Part shown: positions 46,649 to 52,663 of the stretch, in pieces
Layout of the letters: each line of letters opens with the position of its first letter
Numbering within the stretch: the stretch's first letter is position 1
IMG/VR virus record: IMGVR_UViG_3300033144_002182
Span: 1-52,663 of that record
Reading direction: 5' to 3' (one strand)
Origin: a virus
Lineage: Duplodnaviria; Caudoviricetes
Length of the DNA stretch: 52,663 nucleotides
Notes under the pieces: generated by a model
What the model was told of the DNA's origin: nothing
Databases searched by the model: none
The model's input: the letters and a program-made list of their open reading frames with translations, nothing else
Made by a program: the position numbers and the translations under genes

Positions 46649-47352
46649 ACCGTGTCATTACTATCGTTTCATACAACAGGCCGTTACTATTAGAGCGGCT
46701 TCTGGTATCGCTCAAGCCTCATGTCTCTGACTCTGATTACATAGTCGTTTTTGACGATTGCTCCAAAACAAAAACGGCGGACGTTCTCCGCCGCTATTCT
46801 CCGGCTGACTGGACATTGCACCGCTTCGTTCGGCACCAAGGGCGGCTGAATCACTGGCGGCTCTGGAATACGATCGTCCATGTTCTCGACCGCATGAACT
46901 GGGATCACTGGCTTGCTGTCCCTGACGACGTGTGGTTCCCGGCTCAGTACAGGCACCTCCACCGCCTCGCGCACACATGGGCTCGTTTAATCAAGCATGA
47001 CCCCTTCGCCGTTACACTCAATCTCTGCGTCGATTCTCGTGGGCACGATAAATGCTGGACCGGCCAAGATCCTGTCGTGGTTAGGATCGGGAATACTGTT
47101 CTGCACCGCACTCAATGGGTCGATATGTGCTTCTACACAGACCGCCGTTTTCTCGAAGCCGTGGATTGGTTTATCCGTCCTACTCTGGAATATATGTTCG
47201 AAGAAACCCGCGGCTCCGGCGTTGGCCGCAGCGTATCGACGCTGCTTTATTACAAGGATTTGAATATGTACCAAGTCGATAAAACTGCCGTGTTCCACGG
47301 TTCTCACACATCCGTCATGCACCCAGAATACCGAAAAGACAACCCTCTCTAA
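46645..47352 (+). CDS. Glycosyltransferase family 2-like
   Basis: IVSYNRP..L..LL.SL, VFDDCS, PDDV motifs. Confidence 0.8.
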   Translation: MNRVITIVSYNRPLLLERLLVSLKPHVSDSDYIVVFDDCSKTKTADVLRRYSPADWTLHRFVRHQGRLNHWRLWNTIVHVLDRMNWDHWLAVPDDVWFPAQYRHLHRLAHTWARLIKHDPFAVTLNLCVDSRGHDKCWTGQDPVVVRIGNTVLHRTQWVDMCFYTDRRFLEAVDWFIRPTLEYMFEETRGSGVGRSVSTLLYYKDLNMYQVDKTAVFHGSHTSVMHPEYRKDNPL

Positions 47353-47353
47353 T

Positions 47354-48259
47354 ATGCAACCCGCTCCGGCCAAACTGATCTACAACATGGCGACCGGAAC
47401 GCTCTCGGGCGTTACCCCGGAAGAACACGCTCGCCTTCTCGCCTCTGGAAACCACTTCCAAGACGCTTCGCCGCACCAACTCCCCCTCCACGAGCCGTTC
47501 CGTGTCATTAAGCGGATTGCTCTGATTATGACGGCGTGGCAACGAGCCTTCCTCACGCAGAAGATTTGCGAATACTACGGGTCGCTCAAGATCGAAGGGT
47601 ACGACGTGCGCCTGTTCGTTGCCGTGAGTCCAGACGAGGATCCTGCGAATGCCAATCTAACCGAATACACGAACGTCGTCTATGCGCCGAACTACCCGCT
47701 GAACCGCAAGTGGAATTTCGCTGCCCGTCGAGCCATCGCCGCCCATGATCCCGACTGCATAATTATTGTGGGTTCGGACGATCTTATCAATGCAGATTAC
47801 ATAAAAACGTGCGCTCGTTATGCCGAGTTCGGTTGTGACCGTTTGGATAGTTGTGTCTGTTGGTTTTACGGACTCAAGGAACGCCGTAGCAGCTTACTAC
47901 GAGCCGCGAGAGTCGGTGCGGGTAGGATGATAAGTCGGGAAGGAATTGAGAGGCTTAGAGGGCAGTTATGGCCGTCCGACGATAAGTGGCACGGCAAGGC
48001 CAAGACCGATCAGGGGCAGGACGCCCACTGGGACGAGGCGGGGCTGAAACACATTTTCTTCGACCCCACACGAAAGCCCTTCGGCTTCTCCCCGCGTCTC
48101 GTTGACATCAAGACTCCGGGGATTAACCGTTGGGCATGGTCAGAATTTGAACCGGGCAAGAACCCCCTCTGCGAGCCGTGGGATAATCGCGATTTGATTA
48201 CTCACTTTCCGACGATATTTGAGGTGGTAGAGAATACGGACGTTCGAAAACTAGCTTAA
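47354..48259 (+). CDS. Glycosyltransferase (GT-A fold)
   Basis: TAWQR, N.PL.RKWN, GSDDLI, GAGR motifs. Confidence 0.7.
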   Translation: MQPAPAKLIYNMATGTLSGVTPEEHARLLASGNHFQDASPHQLPLHEPFRVIKRIALIMTAWQRAFLTQKICEYYGSLKIEGYDVRLFVAVSPDEDPANANLTEYTNVVYAPNYPLNRKWNFAARRAIAAHDPDCIIIVGSDDLINADYIKTCARYAEFGCDRLDSCVCWFYGLKERRSSLLRAARVGAGRMISREGIERLRGQLWPSDDKWHGKAKTDQGQDAHWDEAGLKHIFFDPTRKPFGFSPRLVDIKTPGINRWAWSEFEPGKNPLCEPWDNRDLITHFPTIFEVVENTDVRKLA

Positions 48260-48410
48260 CGAAGTTGACACTCCGCTTCGACTGTTTCATTCGCTCGACC
48301 TTATAGCTTGTCCATCCTTCGAGGATCAGCAAGGTCATTATCTCGGCCCAAGCCTCATCTTTCGTGCAGTAGTACGTGGCGCGTTCCACGAGTTGTCGTC
48401 GCTTTATCAT
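48198..48410 (-). CDS. Hypothetical protein (last gene of the early arm)
   Basis: ORF track; converges with and overlaps the GT gene. Confidence 0.45.
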   Translation of the reverse strand: MIKRRQLVERATYYCTKDEAWAEIMTLLILEGWTSYKVERMKQSKRSVNFVKLVFERPYSLPPQISSESE

Positions 48411-48414
48411 TGTT

Positions 48415-49005
48415 TCAGGCGTGTTGGACTTCTGAGTCCGAGGACATTTTCAACACGTCTCTGCTCAGTTGCAGTTTGAAGTCGACGACCTCGGTCATGT
48501 ACATGGCAATCTCCGGCCCCTCGAAATGGAGCGTACACAATAGCTCGGAATCTTCGTTGCCGTCTTCGCGCCCATCGACTGCGCCGAGGCTCGACGTAAA
48601 TGCGCCGACAAGCCCTTCTTTGGGGTGGCCGTCTTTCGCCTGAACGCCAAAGAAAAAGTTTTCTATAAGCTCTCCTTCTGTCGCGCCAATAAAATCAACT
48701 CCTGTCGGGAAGTCTGCTTTTAACTGTACCGAGTTGAAGTGCCCCGCTCTATGCAGGTCCGTAAGCCACACGTGGATGTTGAACCCGCTGGGCTCTGCCT
48801 CGCGCACAAGAGTTACCTTGTAGGCGTCTATCTCGCTTGGCGAATCAACGTATGGCGTCGGCTCAAAGCCATCTGCAATCGCCGCCCCCATGAGTTCGCC
48901 GACATTGTGCCGGTTCGCTACCGTTAGGCCGATTATGTCAGCCATGGTCAGCGCAGAGTCTCCGCTTCCGAAAACAGTCGTTTCTAGTGTCAAGGGCTTT
49001 CCCAT
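48415..49005 (-). CDS. Hypothetical protein, possible cohesin-like beta-sandwich
   Basis: AGGAGG upstream; alternating beta pattern, L.TL.F motif. Confidence 0.6.
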   Translation of the reverse strand: MGKPLTLETTVFGSGDSALTMADIIGLTVANRHNVGELMGAAIADGFEPTPYVDSPSEIDAYKVTLVREAEPSGFNIHVWLTDLHRAGHFNSVQLKADFPTGVDFIGATEGELIENFFFGVQAKDGHPKEGLVGAFTSSLGAVDGREDGNEDSELLCTLHFEGPEIAMYMTEVVDFKLQLSRDVLKMSSDSEVQHA

Positions 49006-49015
49006 TTGGTGCCTC

Positions 49016-49717
49016 CTATTTAGGTGTTCCAGTAAGACTCAGGCTGATTCCCAGTGCAAGCCGGGGCCGCCGGAGCCGTGTTTCTATTGCAAGCGGCGTT
49101 GGCACTCTGCCATACCGAACAAACAAGATCCGATATGCTGCTTGAATTTCAAAAATATCCGGGTAGTGCGTTTTCCATGGGACGATCCACGGCCCCTTGA
49201 ACGAGGCCGACAAGTGAACGAGCCAGACACTCGCCATTCCTTTGACCCCCAAAAGCGGATAGCCCAGAGTGGACGTCCGTTTGATAAGCGGGAAAAAGAG
49301 CTCAAAATTATTGTGCCGGACATACGGCCTGACCCCCTCGTAATACCCGACGGTCGGGACTTCCGATATTTCCCGCCTGTGGTGATTGTCGTACCAGAAT
49401 TGCCATCGGTGATTGAACATGGCTGCGCTCACCTTCTCGTATCTGAGGCCGATTTCGACGTACCGGCCACCGTAGAATATCTCAACGCCGTGCCGCCGCG
49501 TCAGCACTGACCCGTTCTCGGCATTGAGCAAGTGAATGGCGTTCTCTTTGGTCTTTCGGTGCATCTGCAAATGGAACCCTATCAGGACTCGAACCGGCCC
49601 GTATTCAACGTACCCCGCGCCGTGAGACGCATGGATCCAGTCGTCTACGGGCCACGGCCAAGCCTCCACGTCAGCCGATAGTCCGAATATCAGTTGGGCT
49701 AAGATCAGAAACGCCAT
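49016..49717 (-). CDS. Predicted exported beta-rich protein
   Basis: Signal-like N-terminus; aromatic-rich alternating strands. Confidence 0.55.
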   Translation of the reverse strand: MAFLILAQLIFGLSADVEAWPWPVDDWIHASHGAGYVEYGPVRVLIGFHLQMHRKTKENAIHLLNAENGSVLTRRHGVEIFYGGRYVEIGLRYEKVSAAMFNHRWQFWYDNHHRREISEVPTVGYYEGVRPYVRHNNFELFFPLIKRTSTLGYPLLGVKGMASVWLVHLSASFKGPWIVPWKTHYPDIFEIQAAYRILFVRYGRVPTPLAIETRLRRPRLALGISLSLTGTPK

Positions 49718-49722
49718 CGGTG

Positions 49723-50193
49723 TTATTTTATACTGCTGAACAGGGTCGGCGGCTCTATGATTGTTGCTGGAAGCATAAGTTCGTCATAGTCAAACTGGTC
49801 GCCAAGCGCGTCTTGTATTCCTATTTTGGGTCCGCGATAGCTCAATACCTTTTTGTGGTACGTGAGATAGCTCCGCCTGACTTTTAGTTTATTCAAAACA
49901 AACAGTGCGCCGTGTTCGCTGACCCGGTAGACGCCGACTTCCTCCGGGTGTTTTTCTAGCAAATACCAGTGTCTCAGCTTCGGGAAGTCGCCCACAACAG
50001 CATTGGGCAGATTCGATTCCTTCATTTCAGTTAAAACCTTCACCCAGTTCGTCCCGTGAACACGCCAGAGCCATATCAACACCCACGCCATAGATGAATT
50101 TAGTGGCCGGTCGTATACTTTGGCGAAGCGGTCGCAGCATGGACAGTCGAGAGACTTGCCGGCCATTAGCTCCGCGTAAAACTCATTTCTCAT
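49723..50193 (-). CDS. Hypothetical DNA-binding protein (CPCC motif plus winged-helix-like)
   Basis: CPCC...KVY.R, KLRHW.L.E, G.Y.V motifs; ACGACAATG start. Confidence 0.65.
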   Translation of the reverse strand: MRNEFYAELMAGKSLDCPCCDRFAKVYDRPLNSSMAWVLIWLWRVHGTNWVKVLTEMKESNLPNAVVGDFPKLRHWYLLEKHPEEVGVYRVSEHGALFVLNKLKVRRSYLTYHKKVLSYRGPKIGIQDALGDQFDYDELMLPATIIEPPTLFSSIK

Positions 50194-50208
50194 TGTCGTC
50201 TGAGGTGT

Positions 50209-50427
50209 TTATTGGATAGGTTCGTCTCCTGTGATATAGCCAGAATATGATATGTGCCCGGACGGGTAGATGAAAAACCAGACGTTCGATTTAACGCCTC
50301 TCACCTCGTAGCCCTTCTCCTTTTTGAGCTTTGTTACTTCCGACTTGCCCATGTTGAATTTGTTGGCTAACTGCTCGGCTCTCTTACGGAGTACGGGCTC
50401 TTTGATTTTCCGAAGTACCGTTTCCAT
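50209..50427 (-). CDS. Hypothetical protein
   Basis: GGAGG upstream; ORF track. Confidence 0.6.
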   Translation of the reverse strand: METVLRKIKEPVLRKRAEQLANKFNMGKSEVTKLKKEKGYEVRGVKSNVWFFIYPSGHISYSGYITGDEPIQ

Positions 50428-50429
50428 TG

Positions 50430-51170
50430 CTACCTCCGTCCGCGCTGTTTCATAGACCTGATCGCGGTCAAGAGCCCGACTAGCCGGACTCCTGCCGTTT
50501 GTAGATTCGCCTCAAGCTCAACAACCCGATTATCAGCATCAATAACCCGCTGTTGCAGATCGGCGATTTCGGCGGAGCTTGGAAAGTTATCTATGACCGA
50601 TTGGAGAGAGTCGGCCCTAGCTACCTCCGAAGCGTATAGTGTGGTTAATGCACTGTTCGCGTCTGAAATGCTCCGTATCTGGTTTGCCTGTGCCGCTATC
50701 GTTAGGGAGTCTGCGGCGTAGGTGGAGTCCATGACAGCCGCCAGTACTACGATCTCGTTCGTTAGGGAATCGAGTAAGGCGGAAAGCGTTGTGTCTGCTG
50801 CCGTCGCTTTAACAATGTATATCGCGTCGTTTATGTACGTCAGCCCTGTGATGAAGAAGGGCTCACCTTCATATAGCCCGTCCTTTTGTGCTGTAATCGG
50901 ATCGTCTCCATGAACTGCAAAGGCGAGGTTTTGCCCAAGAGGTACCGCATCGACGCTTTCCCCAAAGCATCTCGTATCTGTCGATCCAGTGTATCGGGTG
51001 TCGGTTTCGCTTCTGATTGATTCATGGATTATCACCGTCGCGTTGAAGATGTTGCCCGTGCCGTCGGCGCATTGCCCGTAGGCCACTGTCAGGGCGTAAA
51101 GTCCAAAGAGCGTTGCCACAAGAAAAAATGCCGCGCCTAATATCCAGAAGTTTCTAGGTGTGTTTTTCAT
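50430..51170 (-). CDS. Membrane-anchored or exported coiled-coil protein
   Basis: TM segment FWILGAAFFLVATLFGLYALTV; heptad C-terminus; start trimmed to MKNT with AAGGAG upstream. Confidence 0.65.
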   Translation of the reverse strand: MKNTPRNFWILGAAFFLVATLFGLYALTVAYGQCADGTGNIFNATVIIHESIRSETDTRYTGSTDTRCFGESVDAVPLGQNLAFAVHGDDPITAQKDGLYEGEPFFITGLTYINDAIYIVKATAADTTLSALLDSLTNEIVVLAAVMDSTYAADSLTIAAQANQIRSISDANSALTTLYASEVARADSLQSVIDNFPSSAEIADLQQRVIDADNRVVELEANLQTAGVRLVGLLTAIRSMKQRGRR

Positions 51171-51321
51171 CACAATGCTCCTTTTGGTTTTCGTCGGTAA
51201 GAACAGTATCAAAATCGCCTCTTTCATGTTTCCTCCTGATTTCTCGTGCCAGCCACGCCGTCGATACCATGTGGGGCAGCGTGTTAATCCAGATGGCTAT
51301 TTCCTCAATCGTTTCATCCAC
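51154..51321 (-). CDS. 55-aa hypothetical protein
   Basis: Manual translation from GTG (MDETIEEIAIWIN...); fills the gap after the HNH gene. Confidence 0.4.
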   Translation of the reverse strand: MDETIEEIAIWINTLPHMVSTAWLAREIRRKHERGDFDTVLTDENQKEHCDEKHT

Positions 51322-51333
51322 GGAAGTTAGCTG

Positions 51334-51627
51334 TTATCGGCCTAGTCGTTGTTGGCATTCGTGCGCAAGGTCGTGATACTCCCACGCGCGAAGCAAGTCT
51401 ATCATTTCCGGCGTGATCTGGGCTGCTTTGGCTACATTCTCTGTCCACGGAACGACGTTGAGGTTAGCGGCAGAGCCGATACGTTCTGGTGGGAGGTCAT
51501 GTTTGAATCCCCACGACACGGGGACGATATGATCGACCGTGTGCCCGAGCCGCTTCCGGGGCGCATTCTGGGCCGTTATTTTCCTAACGTCTGCGTAGTA
51601 TTTGCGGCGGCGGTCGGTTCTTTTCAT
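51334..51627 (-). CDS. HNH endonuclease-like protein
   Basis: VDHIVP, NL......N motifs; ATGA coupling at 51627. Confidence 0.7.
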   Translation of the reverse strand: MKRTDRRRKYYADVRKITAQNAPRKRLGHTVDHIVPVSWGFKHDLPPERIGSAANLNVVPWTENVAKAAQITPEMIDLLRAWEYHDLAHECQQRLGR

Positions 51628-51938
51628 GGCCTGTCTGTTGGCGGGGCGGGTAGGGGCATCCAGTGGGTAGCCTCGTATGGTAACGTCGTGTTGTTGCCAA
51701 CAAACCCCATTGTTTTTGACCAATAGCCAGAGATGATTACCCAGGAGTAAATTAGTACATCCTTCGCATCTTCCGGCATCTCGCACCCGTCCTCTATCTT
51801 GATCCAAGGGGATTGTAGCTCTTTGATTGCCCACTCTAGCGACGGAATAGTCCTGTCAAGGCCGGGGTGTTCTTCGGCCAGCCAGTTCCTGCATATTTGC
51901 AGGGATTGTATCTTCCGCTCTCTCGTTAGATTTTCCAT
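51624..51938 (-). CDS. DUF551 domain protein
   Basis: WI......MP...THWMPLP.PP motif. Confidence 0.8.
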   Translation of the reverse strand: MENLTRERKIQSLQICRNWLAEEHPGLDRTIPSLEWAIKELQSPWIKIEDGCEMPEDAKDVLIYSWVIISGYWSKTMGFVGNNTTLPYEATHWMPLPAPPTDRP

Positions 51939-51940
51939 TT

Positions 51941-51988
51941 CATATCAGTTTGTGGTAACAATTCTTATCATGGTAACAATTCTTATCA
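51941..51988. repeat. Boundary repeat B copy 1, including an 18-bp tandem duplication
   Basis: 51941-51970 matches 52311-52340 at 24/30; TGGTAACAATTCTTATCA at 51953 and 51971. Confidence 0.8.
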
Positions 51989-52147
51989 CACTTCGGATTT
52001 CAGATCGTGTATAATGTCGTCTTTCGCGGACTCCCACGACTCTGCCCTGCTGTCGTAGTTGGAATCATTGGCCTGTTCGCGACCCGTATCGTGGGCGATT
52101 TCTAACCACCACATCAATTCGCTGTATGTGTAAGTCTTTTCTTCCAT
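51986..52147 (-). CDS. 53-aa hypothetical protein (MEEKTYTY...)
   Basis: Start trimmed to the ATG inside repeat A. Confidence 0.55.
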   Translation of the reverse strand: MEEKTYTYSELMWWLEIAHDTGREQANDSNYDSRAESWESAKDDIIHDLKSEV

Positions 52148-52170
52148 GTCTTCACTCGGTTGTGGGGGCT
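52139..52170. repeat. Boundary repeat A copy 1
   Basis: 30/32 identical to 52620-52651. Confidence 0.9.
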
Positions 52171-52313
52171 TTCTTTTTGTATGTGGCGACGGAAAACATT
52201 GCTGCTGCCCATGCGGCGTTGTATGTAGCCGTCGAAACGTCTTCCACGAAGTACATATTGTATACTGCAAGACAGAGTTGAATGAATCCTAAAAAAAAAA
52301 AAAACTGGCTCAT
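52152..52313 (-). CDS. 53-aa membrane microprotein with a T14 tract (MSQFFFFLGFIQLCLAVY...APTTE)
   Basis: Manual translation; open with 14 T; bounded by repeats B and A. Confidence 0.6.
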   Translation of the reverse strand: MSQFFFFLGFIQLCLAVYNMYFVEDVSTATYNAAWAAAMFSVATYKKKAPTTE

Positions 52314-52340
52314 TTCAGTTTGTGGTAATTGCTATTATCA
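52311..52340. repeat. Boundary repeat B copy 2
   Basis: Shared core TCAGTTTGTGGTAA and terminal TTATCA. Confidence 0.75.
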
Positions 52341-52628
52341 AAGGTTGAGAATTATTAGTTTCTCTGCCGGAATCAGGTTAATGATTTCCTCTATTGTTGG
52401 AGGGGGTTTATCTCCGTTTAGTTCTTCGCGTAGCCCCCCGCCAGAACCGAACTCATGGGTATAAACTGGCCGCCCTAACGCAGACTCGACTGCGCGGTGT
52501 AGTTCGCCAAAGGGCATACAGAGCAGCTTGGTATTCAGTTGAAAGGTTGCAATTTCTAAATCAGTTGCATTTTCCCACCAGCCGCTTTCGCCTAGTGCGA
52601 TCGCTTGCTCTTTTGTTAATTCTTCCAT
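52338..52628 (-). CDS. Hypothetical phage protein
   Basis: ORF track; LGRPVYTHEF motif. Confidence 0.75.
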   Translation of the reverse strand: MEELTKEQAIALGESGWWENATDLEIATFQLNTKLLCMPFGELHRAVESALGRPVYTHEFGSGGGLREELNGDKPPPTIEEIINLIPAEKLIILNL

Positions 52629-52651
52629 GTCTCTACTCGGTTGTGGGGGCT
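52620..52651. repeat. Boundary repeat A copy 2
   Basis: 30/32 identical to 52139-52170. Confidence 0.9.
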
Positions 52652-52663
52652 AGAACATCCTGC

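Larger units (their letters stand above)
1..52663. mobile_element. Tailed dsDNA bacteriophage genome (siphovirus-like), apparently complete and circularly permuted
   Basis: Terminase-portal-head-neck-tail-TMP-tip-lysis gene order; no host housekeeping flanks; ORF continuity across the window ends. Confidence 0.93.

Noticed and set aside
51941-52651. CRISPR array or terminal repeats
   Set aside because: Two repeat types with two copies each, separated by whole ORFs; no cas genes; no match at the left end

Overview
The window looks like a complete or nearly complete ~52.7 kb tailed dsDNA phage genome of siphovirus type, probably circular or circularly permuted, because a minus-strand ORF reads in frame across the 1/52663 junction. 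The minus-strand early arm runs 10544->1 and 52663->48198. It carries a DUF488 protein, an HTH protein, an ERF recombinase, ArdC, a GIY-YIG protein, DnaB helicase, Gp157, VRR-NUC, HNH, DUF551 and many small ORFs. The plus-strand late arm runs 10595->48259. It carries a DNA-modification pair (MTase-like/GNAT-like protein plus ParB-like protein), TerS/TerL, a tRNA-Gly-like gene, portal, head, fibre, neck and tail genes, tape measure, a 2828-aa tail tip protein, lysis genes, three glycosyltransferases and an FkbM methyltransferase. I recognised no integrase, DNA polymerase, primase or replication initiator. The most notable observations are: (1) an oriC-like origin (DnaA boxes, DnaA-trios, AT-rich tract) directly upstream of dnaB; (2) a non-canonical tRNA-Gly(CCC) in the same operon as a putative Mom/GNAT-like DNA-modifying enzyme; (3) a duplicated tail-tube gene carrying inserted adhesin-like modules, with no obvious Dit gene; (4) duplicated sigma70 promoters with twin palindromic operators; (5) alternating gene-boundary repeats and a 14-T tract at the right end. 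All family calls come from motif recognition by eye; no database search was run.
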